From positions 7,998,001 through 8,062,000 of the forward strand of contig JAQFVV010000005.1 of the NCBI GenBank assembly GCA_028023455.1: a DNA stretch of 64,000 nucleotides. Reading direction: 5' to 3'. Of this stretch, positions 25,773 to 38,599 are shown one piece after another. The translations under genes were made by a program, and so were the position numbers. This DNA is from Epiperipatus broadwayi. Lineage: Eukaryota > Animalia > Onychophora. The notes beneath the pieces are model-generated. The model made no database searches, was not told the origin of the DNA, and saw only the letters and a program-made list of their open reading frames with translations. How positions within the stretch are numbered: the first letter of the stretch is position 1; the number at the start of each line of letters is the position of its first letter.

Positions 25773-28700
25773 GTCAAGGTAGGTTCAAACACTAGATCTA
25801 AAAATACCAACCCAAAACCTAAAAGTTATCTCTGGCTAAGCATGTATCACAAAGCTTGTAGAGGAATTGGCAATCCTCATTGTTTATATATATATTGTAA
25901 TGGGCTGGTTGTTTCCAGAAAAGATAGGGGGAGCGCATCTTACTATGGTCAGACTTTGGGTCTTTGGATAGGATGCAAGTGATTACACAATGAAATACAT
26001 AACCTATGAATGTACCTACTTCCAATAGACTAGCTTTACCTATTTTTATTAAGCTAGATACAATTTGGGTCAGTTCATTCAATTATCACCTCTTTCTAGC
26101 CACATTATATCACAGTATTCAAACTCAGGAAGTAATTGCCTGAGCTCTCTTATCAGGGAAGGAGATCACACTAATAGTAGTTATTGCACTTCCATATAAG
26201 TGATAATTAATTACCAAAAATCAATTAAGCATAAGATATATAAAAAATATGTATGTGCAGTATAAGTATATATGTATTAAAAATTATAATAAATGACTTA
26301 AATATGTATATGTATTTCCTCTATCATAGTAATAATATTAATAGGTGTAAAACTAAATAAGATAATAATGTTTATAATGGGTATGTGATTAATGAAGAAC
26401 TATAAAGCTGATGGTGGATATTGAAATAATGATGAGTTAGAGACCAAATTATATAAACATTTATTGACTAACAAAAAAAAATATGAATAACAATTAAATC
26501 TGATACATGTAATTGATTTTGTCTAGGATGAATCTCTACCACATCAATGTCTGTAATGATATTAATAAAAATAAAACCCTTGCCCTAAACCCAATGGTCG
26601 AAGTTCATGTACTTGACTAATTATTTACAACAACGAATATGTAAAATTATAATATGTATATGTGATTTCGATTTTAGCTGGCTAATTTAAAATATGTATA
26701 CAAACATAACAACAAAAAAAAATCTTTGTTGTCTAGATAAATCAATGATTATAAATCATTGATTTATAAAAGCAATACAAAAGTAAGCTTAATAAATAAA
26801 AAAAAAAAATCTATCATTGTGTTTTTCTTAATATAAGATGATATTAAAATTTCTTACCTCCTAATTTTCTATATGTTGTCAAAAGTCAGTCAGATGGGGT
26901 GGTCAAAACTATTAACTTTTTTATTCTTATACAATTATAGATGATAAATATATATATATAAATCTAATTCCCCCCCCCCCTATTACTCTTATACAGAGTA
27001 ACTCCAAAATTATACACATTAGCTTCCATTTGTAGAAACGAAAATACATAAAATTTACAATAGACAAAATAATAAAACAAAAATCACAATTTTTATCCCA
27101 TTATGTTAATTAAAGTTCGATAAGTCTGCTGGAAATTGTTCATTTGCTAAATAAATTCCTAGGAAATAAAGATGAAGTTTTGCTCCCACGAAGAATAGAA
27201 GTTTCTTGTCTGAGTCAAAAAATAATAATGTTCTCCAATTATCCTGTCTTGGATTTGTTTAGGCATTTTATTTAAAGCAAAGATGGTTTTTAAGTTTCTC
27301 CTAAATGGACAGGTAAAATCTTTAAACTTTCATGGCTTTATTGATGACGTATTATTACCCCATGGTACAAACTTTTCAGCAAGCAATCATGATATAAAAA
27401 TAATATATATTTATTGATTCATTTGCTTCTCAAGATTTCAATGATGATATTATTATATATCAAAACAATTAATTATTGAATATTACTGCAACACATAAGT
27501 TTAATTAAAATTTGTCTAATCAGCAAATAATTTAAATCTTCTTACTTTCAAATTATTTCTTTCTCTTCAAACGGTTGCTTTAAAATTTCAGCTTTTGATC
27601 ATTTTGATTAATATTTTAAAAAATATTTATATATTTAAATTTGAACATTCACATCCATTTTGTATTTGAATTTATTTTTTTAAGCAGAAAAAAATAATAA
27701 TGTTTTATCTTCAACAGCAGAAGACAATTATAACAATTGATACTGAGTTGTATGTCATGTGAAGTTATTTTAAGCATTTTAACCTTGACATTTCCTATTG
27801 TTTAACAGACATAATATAAATAAATGGGATTATGAATAAAAAATAATTTATAAATATTTTAAATTTCATTTCCACAAATTTCATCTCCAGAAATGGTTGC
27901 TATGTGTTTAGATTTTAATTCAGTCATTGTTTTTATTTTTTTTAAGTTTATGTGTAAGTTTTCTTTTTTTTTTATAGTCATCCCCAATTATTAACATATA
28001 ATACGTTTTATTCCATTGTTAATATAACTATCTGTTTCTCCCTAGTAATTTAATGGCTTTTAATACTTCTTTAGAAATAAAAAAGATGTTTATACCTATG
28101 TATATGTTGGAAAGAAAAAAATGTTAATTTGCCAATTTGCTTGGCAATTTATTGGTTAAGCAAATATGTTAGGAGGCTCCAATTGATAGAGTGTCTTAAA
28201 TAACTGGATGGTGTGGCAGGTTGTAGCTCATCACTACAATATATATATATCGTTTGGTTGCATTAATTTAATGCATATGTTTTATATAAATATATATCAT
28301 ACTTTAAATTTATTTTCTATTATGCTTTCAATTTTCTTTTGTTTTCATGAGTGTTAGACTATGGCTTTCATTAGTCAACTATACGAAGTAAATGCTCAGT
28401 GAGATGGCATTTAGGTGACTATACTTTTTAAATAATAGTAACACTGAATTTTTGCAATTTATACTGAAAAATTATAAATTGCATAAATGTCATATTTTAC
28501 TTACCATGCTACTCATATTTTTTTTTAGTAATTGGACTTTTTGTTATGTGATTCCTTTGTTAAATAAAACAATTAGGAATAAATTTGACATTCCGTTAAT
28601 AAAATATATAAAATAAACACCATAAATGAGAAAACTTAATATAGTATATATGATAGTAATTTATTAAAATAAAAAGTTTATGTAATAACAAAAGGCAATG

Positions 28701-29625
28701 ATAGTGTTTTAAGTTTTAAGATGTACATTTAATTGCTATTTGGGTGAATTTAATATCTACATATAGTAAATTGCAAATCTATAACAATAAAAAATGCTTG
28801 AATTCATGTTAATAAACTTTGGTAGGATCCAGGATTTATGTAGACATGTGTTTTATTTTAATTTGTGTGAATTCTAAATTATAATTGAGAAAGAGATTCC
28901 CCAGAATGTGTGATAGGTTTACACTTATACATATAGGTAATCATGATATGGCACATGGCAACAACATTTCCATGTCAAATCATCATAAATATTTATTTTT
29001 TAGGAAAATTGATGAAAATTTAATAATGAATTTTAAATAGTGTTACTTACTGAGCTGACATTATTTTGCAGTATTAATAGTTCACACATATGAATATTTC
29101 TTGCTATACTTTTAGCTACATACCTAATGTGTAGTTTTCACTTTAGTATGGCTATGCTAAGGCTGGCATGCTATATATATTATAACTTTTATTAATTGGG
29201 TATTCTTTCTTAGAGGCAAGTGCAGGAATACGAAATTTATTTATGTAACATGGTATCAAACTTTTTGAAGCATAATCTTTTATGGTCTCTTAATAATTTT
29301 GGCAAACACTCTCTCAAGAAGACTCGACAATTTTCAATATTATAGTTATATATGAAAATAACCACAGAGACATATAATAATCTTTATTATACCTTTTTTG
29401 TTTTCCCTTCCCTCTCTTATCTAACCCGGTTTACACTTTTTCCTAACATTATAACTATTGTTTTTCTGAAGGTTTGTAATGATGGTGTTTTTGTTGTATT
29501 TTTATATTGGACTATTTCCATCATGTAATATGAGTATTGAATGTCTTTAGAAAAATTTAACTTTATTTAAATATTCCAAATACATTTAATTGTTAGTAAT
29601 AGCACATCAAACAGGTCAGTAAATG

Positions 29626-29671
29626 CACAATGTTTCAAGAGGTATTATTCTCCTCTCTTCTTCAGATGTTG
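29626..29671 (-). ncRNA. Hammerhead-like motif in the PLE terminal repeat (partly decayed)
   Basis: CAT-CTGAAGA-AGAGAGG agaataata CCTCTT-GAAA-CATT-GTG. CATT probably derives from CGTT; the right-hand copy (~31945-31978) is more decayed. Confidence 0.55.
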
Positions 29672-29699
29672 CTGGCCTGACCAGTGACAGTACTAGAAT

Positions 29700-29776
29700 G
29701 GGATTCAAATTTGGACTCTTGGATTCTTGAGTAATGAATTTTAAGGTAATGCTCTAAGCAACTGAGTCATCCTGCC
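29700..29776 (-). repeat. tRNA-derived (SINE-like) segment inside the PLE terminal repeat; second copy at 31830-31907 (+)
   Basis: The two copies give an A-box-like TGGCTCAGTTG/TGGCTCAATT and a B-box-like GGTTCATATCC/TTTGAATCC at tRNA-like spacing. Confidence 0.55.
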
Positions 29777-30713
29777 AAAGCCAACTATTAGTAGAAAATT
29801 CATATAATTATCTATGAAGTTCCTCCTGATTTATCCACTTTTTCCTTAAGATCAAAGTTGATCAAAGATTACCATACATTATGTATAGTCACACCACATT
29901 GGTCTATGGAACTTTTTGCCATTGTCATTTGAGCAACTTTTTAAAATTTTCTTCTTTGTATCTTTTCTTCCCTATTCAATATTTTTGTATTTTTCCAATT
30001 GAACATATTTTCATTGGCACATGCATGATCACTATTTTTTAAATTTTTTTCTTTGTACCTTTTCTTCCCTATTCAATATTTTTGTATTTTTCCAATTGAA
30101 CATATGTTCATTGGCACATGCATGATCTGCTATTTTAGACACATGTTTTTTCTCCTCTAATAATCAGTTTGTGTTCTTGCAAATGCTTTTCAATGGGATG
30201 TGTCCACCAATATATGTTCTTCCACATTCACATGGTATTAAATAGATTCAGTTTTTTCTTTTCAGCATTTTAAGCTTAGGCTTTGTAAAGGTTAGAATTC
30301 CTTGTAATGTAATATGGCTCTGGAAAGCTGTTTTGTTGTTATACTGATTGCAGATTTTCCTTAATTTGTCTGCTATTTTTGGAAGGTGTGGATACACTAC
30401 AGCACCATTTTCTTTTGTTGTTTCTTTTTTTGTTTATTTAATGTTTTCTTGAATAAAAGCTGATGGATAACTGTTTTTCATAAGTTTGTTCTATATGGTC
30501 TTCCAAGTTGCTGGTTTCTGAACAAACTTCTTTTGCTCTGTTTCATAGTGATAGTATAACTCCATATTTTGTGTTTCTGATGTGATTGGATGTATAGGCT
30601 AGGTATTTTCCTATAAGTGGTTTTGGTAAATTGTAGTTTTGATTTTGTAATGAGGGAGTCTTGTCACACCTAAGAATGCCAATTTTTGTTCTTGTTCTGA
30701 TTTTATTGTGAAT

Positions 30714-31560
30714 TTAATTGAAGAGGATATGTTGTTGATGACCATGTGGCCATACAACAAATGTATCATCCACATAGCAGAGTAAAATTTTAGGATATGA
30801 AGCTATTTTTATGGTTAAGGTTTTGTAAATATTGCTAATGAGGGGAGACAATGATGAGCCTATAGTCACTCCTTGATTTTGTTGGAAGAATTCTGTGTTA
30901 TATGGAAAATAGGTTATTTTTATGCAGAATGATAATAGTTCCATTATACTATCAATAGGAAGAGCTGTTCTGGTTTGTAAACTATTATTACCATTTAATA
31001 TTTTCCTTACAATAGACAATGCTTCTTCACATGGTAAATTTGTGAAAACACTTTCCACATCATAGCTTACCAGTAAATCAGTTCTTTCAATTTTCATGTT
31101 CTTCATTAATTCTACAAAGGGTCTTGATTCCTGATACAGAATTGAGTCTTATGTGCCAAAAGACGTTGAGCATTGAAAAAAATCTTGTCAAATTTTGGCA
31201 AGGTGAATCTCTACACCTAATATTGGGTCTTATTGGAATGTGATCCTTATGGATTTTAGGTAGACCATAAAGATGAGCAATTTTTCTAAAATATTATATT
31301 ATTTTACTTTATTCAGAATCAGTGCAGTACCTGTGATGATTTCTGAGTAATGCTTGTAACTTTGTTTCCACATTCGGTATTGGATTTTTTGCCACTTTTC
31401 TATAATGGCCTGCTGTGAGAAGTTCTTGTATTTTGTTATCATAATCAGTTGTATCCATTACAACTGTTGCATTGCCTTTGTAAGCAGAAATAATTATAGA
31501 TTTATTTATTTTGAGAAATTTCATTGCTTTCCTCTCACCATAGGATATGCTTGACTTCAA
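30714..31560 (-). pseudogene. PLE reverse transcriptase fragments
   Basis: AYKGNATVVMDTTDYDNK, LVSYDVESVFTNLP, GVTIGSSLSPLISNIY and CYVDDTFVVWPHG match PLE RT motifs. Confidence 0.85.
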
Positions 31561-34500
31561 TTTTTGTTACTTTTTATGTGTTCTTTTTATTCTCCAGCAT
31601 AATACTGTTGTTTCTCCATTTTGACTGACTTCCTCAGTGGCTGCCATTATATCTAATAAAAGGATATTACACAGTGTTATGGCAAAGTTTAATCCTCTTT
31701 CAAGAACAAAAATTTAGTGTGACTATACATAATGTATGGAAACCATTAATCAACTTTGCTCTTAGGAAAAAATGGAGAAAGCAGAAGAAACCTCATAGAC
31801 AAATATATGACATTTCTACTGTAGCCTTTGGCAGGATGGCTCAATTAATTAAAGTGTTACCTTAGAAATTTATTATTCAAGAATCTAAGGGTCCGGGTTC
31901 ATATCCCATGCAAGTACTGTCACTGGTCAGGCCAGCAACGCCTAAAGAAATGGAAAGAATCAAACTTTGTGCATTTACTAACCTGTATGATGTACTATTA
32001 CTAAAAGGTGAATGTATTTAAGTTAAATTTTTCTAAATACATTCAATACTCATATTAGATGATGGAAATAGTCCAATATAAAAATACAATTATAACAATT
32101 ATCTTTCCCAAGGAAATATGTGCTTCACTAACCTATGACACAACTAAGATCCAACTTTCCAGTTGGCATCCCATATAAATAGAAGTGAAAGACTATGCAT
32201 ATTATACTTAATGAGCTAACTGTATCTAGCTTAACTCAAAACCTCTACATTGCTAAGGTTAAATAAATTAATCTTAATCACTAACTGATAGCATAAATAC
32301 ATTTGTGTCTTATGGCCATATTTTAACTTGACCTTACTCTATTTTTCGTAAAAAACGATTATTTTTCATTTGCAAAACCAAAATTTCCATACATAACACA
32401 TATTATAAAGAGAAATATATATAAATAAATATAAAAAGTCTACCTCTCCCTTCAAATTATGTCAAAAATAATTATTCTATTCTCAACATCAGCTTTACTA
32501 AATAGATTATTCAAAGTAACTCCATGCTTTATTGTTGAAACATTTACAATCTAAAGTAGCTTATACTTTCAAAACACAATGGATTGAGTCTATATTTGAA
32601 TTTAACTATATTACAGTAATAAAGTTCACTTTATAAATAGTTTATAATTACACATTCATTAATCTGTTGTTAAAATAGATTAAATTGGCATTGACCATCC
32701 TCTTCAAAATTACATTGAGGGTATCAGACCATCAAATTTAATCGATAGTGCCAAGTTGATGGGGTTTGACATTCCTTTGTAGTTTCTTGCATGATTCTCA
32801 ATTGGTCTCTTTCATATTCAAACACCAATAGCTAGCTGACTGGAATCCTAATTTTCAGTAGCAATTCCTTGGATAAAATCAGGCATGGCTAAGGTGAAAA
32901 AGTGTCTGCAGGAGAGAAGTCTTTGATTTTCCTAGCCAGAGAACATTTTTCAGCAATCTTAAAATAGACAACTGCAGATTCTTACAATAATTGCAATAAT
33001 CATCTCTTAATAAAAGAAATGTCTTTAATTTATATTTTTTAATTATTTATCCACCTCTCCACTGCACTTTTAATTAATTTTTCTTTCCAAATAGGATTCT
33101 CACCTTTTGGAATCTTTTTAGAAAAAGTTCCAACTAAATTGTTTTGTTCTTTTGCTTCCTACTTTTAGTTTCAAAATTTTTAATTTTAAAATGTCCTGAA
33201 TATTTAAGTGAACACACAATACAGACTCATTCACAATACATTAATTTACCAAATTAATATCTACCCAGATATTCAACAACAGAATTTAATTACAACATTT
33301 TTTATAATTACCCCAACCCACTTATTTATAGTATTAAAGAATTAAATTTATATAAAAAAAACTTTTAAAAAACATATAATTAGAGAAAAGTCTTTTAGAT
33401 AGAATAATTATTATTCATATGAAAAAAAAATCAAATTTTGCAGTCAGATCCATTGGCCAGATAAAGAACTTTTTAAATTGATTTAATGTAAGATAACACA
33501 TTTATTGCATTTTTAAATAAAATTTTAAACTACAATATAACAAAACACCTAAAAATAACTGACAAATTAAATTTTAACATATTTACACATGAGATGGCAG
33601 AAAATATCATCTCAATATATATATTAGCCATTAAACTAAAATGAAATGTGACTACTAAAGAATGTCATCAATCTACAATTATGTTTGTTTAAAAAAACAA
33701 ATAATGTCATAGTTTGCATTATATTTCCATAAACTATTGGTTCATTATATGAGATTTCTTTGTTTTTCATTTTTCCCCAGTCTGATGGCCTTTTCTGTAG
33801 GCACTTTTTATATAAGAATTATGCTTCAGAAGAAATTATTTATTTAATTAAATAGCATCTATTTTGATTAGAGTCTTTTGATGTTTTCATCATTGTTTTT
33901 GTAGTTGAAGACTTAGTATATCAATCATGCAGTAAAAAATGTTTGAGTTTTAAGTTACTTTTTTCCAATTCATTAAATATCTGATTGATGAAAATTAACT
34001 TAAGTTATTTGTCTTTGTTTCCTCTAGAAATTCATTCTATTCCAAATTATCCAAATAAAAATATTTTATTCTGTATAGATTGTAAATGAATAAATTTGAT
34101 GTTGGTTTAACCCCCCCCTCATGTCTTATACTGTTATATTTCAGGATATATGATGTTCTATTCAAGAAAATTATTTATTGTAAATAAAAGATAAGTATAT
34201 TTCTTAATATATTTTTAAAGAAAAGTATAGTTGATGGGAATAATTATTGTTAAATTTTTTTCAAATTATTAAGATATATCATTAGTAATAATACCATTTT
34301 ATATATTCAAAGAAATGAATACATTAACTGTAATGTGCAAGTGTTTATATTCATTCAACATCCACATATGTTTATTCTCACCCTTACATAACTAATCCCA
34401 TTAATCATGATATTTTGTTTTATATTATTATTTTTTATAATTATTTTCTATCTGACTGTTAAGGTGGAATTAAAGGTTTCAATTTTTATTTTTTCAAAAA

Positions 34501-34780
34501 AAAAAATACAGAAAAAATGTCCGTCTAAAATTATTTACTGAATATTAATGTCTTTTTGTTTCTTTTATTCTTCTTTGTTTTTTATTTTTTCCTAATTTAA
34601 ATGTAAGAATCTTTTTTATAATAATGACATTATTTTGCTACTAAAATACAAACATTATTGTCAACTAAATTTTATCAACATAATTTTTTTTTAAAACTAA
34701 TAACATACCTAGTAAATAAAACAAAGTCATATATCATATGACTCAATTTTATAAGCTTGTAAATAAAAAATACTGACCAT

Positions 34781-34975
34781 TTTGGGTTGGTATTTTTAGA
34801 TCTAGGGTCTGAAATATCCTAGTACCTCACTGAGAATTGCCAAAACATGAAACAGAATGAGGATTGGGATAATTTCTAGATAAATATTTTTAAATGTTTT
34901 GTTTTGTGGCATTTATCAATAAAGATTACTTATCAATAAAGCTTGTAAAAGCTGTTAGCACCACTCATTAATTAG
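34781..34975 (+). repeat. Diverged dispersed copy of hammerhead repeat family A
   Basis: GGGTTGGTATTTTTAGATCT matches the reverse complement of the 25.4/25.8 kb units. Decayed hammerhead ACCTCA-CTGAGAA-TTGCCAAAACAT-GAAA...TGAGG at 34824-34862. Confidence 0.65.
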
Positions 34976-36634
34976 TAATGTAGCTATTTAAATAAAAATA
35001 CTATATAATCTCTTTAATTTCTTTTATTATCTATTATAATGTTTCCTATACAATATTTACACAAACATGCTTAATAATTTTGTCAACAATTAAAAATATT
35101 TTGCCAAAATACAAATGCTATTGTTTATGTTTTGAACCTAACATTATCTATTCCTTTATAGAATGATATATTATTTTAATCCTAAAACCAAATAAATTTT
35201 TCTGTGGGCAAGCACAGAATATTCTATAACAAAATAAATACATTTTTGTATTCTGGGAAAACCTACCAACCACAGCCTATTTTTTTGGTTTAGCTCTATG
35301 AGATATTTTTCTTTTTATTTTATGAGCACCTATTTTCTATTTCTCTTGACTATTATTACTGTTTGGATACATTAATATTGTTTTATTTTTATCAATATAT
35401 TAATAATTCTCTAATTGATTTTTTTAATGATTTATATATTTATGTTTTCTATTCATTATTTTAAAATATTTTTTCACATGCATGTACTTTTGCCTATATT
35501 CTACTCTTTTCATTTTTACTTGTAAAATAATTTTCATGTTGTGTTACTGCATCTTAATTATCATCTGGAAAATATTTTTTTCATCTTTAAAAATCTTGAA
35601 CTCTCATATATTTCTTTTAAATCTATTTGAGATCTTTGAAGTTTATGCTTTTTAATTAACTTTTTTATTTTTTCATATTTATTTACTTTGTTTTCTATTG
35701 CCGATGTTTTCTACTATGTTTGTTTTAACTTCAGATTCATCATCTATTAGTTCATCACTACCATCAATTGTATTTTTAATCTTTTCTATTATTTCAATAT
35801 TCTTTATAGTTCTATCAAGTATTGCATTTATTTCTATTTTAAAAATTGGAAAGGAATAAAAATTTTTATGCTGCTCTTCCTCAAAATAATAATCAGAAAA
35901 TAGTAATAATTTTTCACAACAGCTATAATAATAATTTTATACATAAGCTTTTTTTCAGCACCTGCTTTGGTGCCCTTTTCAAATGTTATTAATCTATTTA
36001 ACGTTAAGGTGAAAACAAGGTCTGTTAACTGACCATCGACCCATTGGCTCTCAGAAAACCCCTTATTAATTGGAAGATTTACTGAGAACCACTAACATAT
36101 GAAGGTTTGGGTAAGGAAATTTATACGCATTTATGATACTTGAAAATATTTTGTAAAATGTATTTATTAGCTAATTTATAAAATGATGAAATGTTACTTT
36201 TTGGATTGATTGCTTATAAAATAATGCAATATGAAAATATATTTATTCTAAATGACTAATTTCTAAATGGAGTGTACTGGAGGAATAAGATCATATAGGC
36301 ATTATTAAAAGATGAACTGAAGATGCAAAAATGATTTTGTTGATTTGAAAATAATTCTATAATGAAATCCATACTAATATGTGTCTACATACATGAAATT
36401 ATTGAATATAAAATGACATTTATTATTTTATAAAATGCTTTGATAGAGTGAATTAAATCTGAATCCATACACACATAAATTAAAGAAATGTTCAAGTTTG
36501 TATACGTGAATTAAAAAGTTATAGAGTAAATTTAATATATTATATACATGAATAATAATGAATATGTACCCACATACCTGAATATGTAATAGATGTGAAT
36601 TAAGAAGCTATAAAGTAAATATAATGATTAATAA

Positions 36635-37135
36635 TACTTCTAAGTAAGTGGTTCAAACACACACCTGTATAATATGTGAAATAAAATGGAAATGCTCCAA
36701 ATAAATGACTTAAAACTGCATCTACATAATATGCAAAATGAAGTACTTCTAAATAAGTGGTTCAAACCCACACCTGTATATGTGAAATAAAATAAAATAT
36801 ATATAAGTGACTCAAAACTGCATCTGTATAATGTGTAAAATGAAATTCTTCTAAATAAGTGGTTCAAACCCACATCTGGATAATATTGAAATAAAATGAA
36901 AATCTTCCATCTAAGTGACTCAAAACCACATCTATCAAATATATAAGATGAAATACTTCTAAATAAGTGGTTCAAACCTGTGCCTGTATAATGTGTGAAA
37001 TAAAATGGAATTGCTCCAAAATAAATGACTCAAAACAGCATCTATATGCATAAAATGAAATACTTCTAAATAAGTGGTTCAAACCTACACCTGTATAACA
37101 TGTGAAATAAAATAAAAATGCTCCAAAAAATGCCT
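36635..37135 (+). repeat. ~107-bp minisatellite, about 4.7 copies, each made of two related ~54-bp subunits
   Basis: The anchor (T)ACTTCTAA(A/G)TAAGTGGTTCAAAC recurs at 36635, 36744, 36846, 36954 and 37061. Confidence 0.9.
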
Positions 37136-37231
37136 CAAATAATCTGTGAAGTAAAATTAAAGATGCTTCTGCAAAATATATGTTCACATGCCTGCAGTAA
37201 ATGTGTGCTTATATTTATGTGAACTGAAAAG

Positions 37232-37450
37232 GCTTCTATACACCTGGATTGAAATTAAATGCTTCTATAAACTTGGATTAAAATAAAATGCTTCTATATA
37301 TTTGGATGAAATCAAATGCTTCTATGACCATGGATTAAAATTAAATGCTTCCATACACCTGGATTAAAATTAAATGCTTTTATAAACTTGGCTTAAAATC
37401 TAATGCTTCTATATACTTAGATGAAACATGCTTCTATACACATGGATATA
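37232..37450 (+). repeat. 29-bp minisatellite, 8 copies
   Basis: GCTTCTATA...GGATTAAAATTAAAT units at 37232, 37261, 37290, 37318, 37347, 37376, 37405 and 37430. Confidence 0.9.
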
Positions 37451-38599
37451 TATCTATGCACATGATGGAACTTCAATCAAGAAGGATCATTGAGGATTAA
37501 GGAGGAGAACCATGATGTACACATGGATACAACAGCAGCCAGAGTAGAGATTGTCAGTAAACTTTTTCTTCTTTTCTTAAAGAACTTAGTATCCAAATAT
37601 TGTTGTTAAATAAATTATTATTACAAAAAACTAATACTTCTTGTCAGTTTCAATCCACATCACTCATCAATTAATGTACTAGTTCACAGGAATATTATGT
37701 CACCTGAGCTATGTCCAGAATAACTCAACATGAGTAAATAAGGTTGTAGAGAGATAGAATTTTAATGGCACTGTTTAGCCCAAACACATAAATTTCTAGA
37801 TGGGCCAACCAACCCCTTTTTCCATTACTTTTAATTTATCTATTAGTCTATCTTTGCATTACTATGACTCCTTTATATAGTATTGTTCAATTCTGCTATA
37901 TTTTATATACCTTTTTTTTTTATTATTTGATATACGTACTTCATCTGCTTATTGTCTTATTTTATTTATTTTTCCTCTAAATTTACTCATATCTTTTTAA
38001 AGTATTTATTAAAGGTTTGCACATTTCTTGAAATTTTTTTCCAATTATATCCTTATGCATTCTATTCTATTAAAATTTTGCTTCATCTGATTTTGTCATT
38101 GCTATATTTGTATTAACTCCCTGATTAATTGGATCATTATATGGTTTTATCATTGGATTTTTCACTTTCCTTTTTCATTCTTTAGACTTCCCATCAGCCA
38201 CCACTTCCCTTATGAACTGGGCATGTTTTAGACAAATTTTCTTTTCTCATTTTACCTACTCTTTTTTAAAAAGAACACTATAATTTATCATTTGGTAATT
38301 AAATTGTTATATTATACTAGATACTCCCCACAACATTTTGACAGATATTATTTTTCTCTCTTCCTCAAGTATAAATGAAAGTTGGACTTTTAAAATTATG
38401 AATATTGAATTCAGAGTACATCTCTAACCAGCTAAGCTATTTTATCAAAGGCAACAATCAGTTAAAATTTCAATTATTTACTTTTTTTGGGTTCTTCTGA
38501 GTTCTCTACTTTCTTCTAAGGGCAATATTAGTTAATATCTTTTAGACATTATGTATTATTACACTAGGTTGACTGACAGAGTTATTCAGCATTGTCATG

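Larger units (their letters stand above)
25151..25884 (-). mobile_element. Hammerhead-containing tandem repeat (retrozyme/PLE-derived family A), 419-bp period, with a short inverted terminal segment
   Basis: Units start at 25151 and 25570. Bases 25832-25884 are an inverted copy of part of the unit. There is no meaningful ORF, and microsatellites flank both ends. Confidence 0.8.
29496..32089 (-). mobile_element. Decayed Penelope-like element with an inverted copy of its 3' terminal repeat at the 5' end
   Basis: RT fragments on the minus strand. Bases ~29496-29925 are a diverged reverse complement of ~31678-32089. Confidence 0.8.

Noticed and set aside
36640-37187. Two minus-strand ORFs with repeated GLNHLFRS peptides
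   Set aside because: They are a by-product of the 107-bp minisatellite; unit lengths are not multiples of three and the frame shifts.
17364-37450. CRISPR-like arrays
   Set aside because: All short periodic repeats are head-to-tail minisatellites without unique spacers, in a eukaryotic context with no cas genes.
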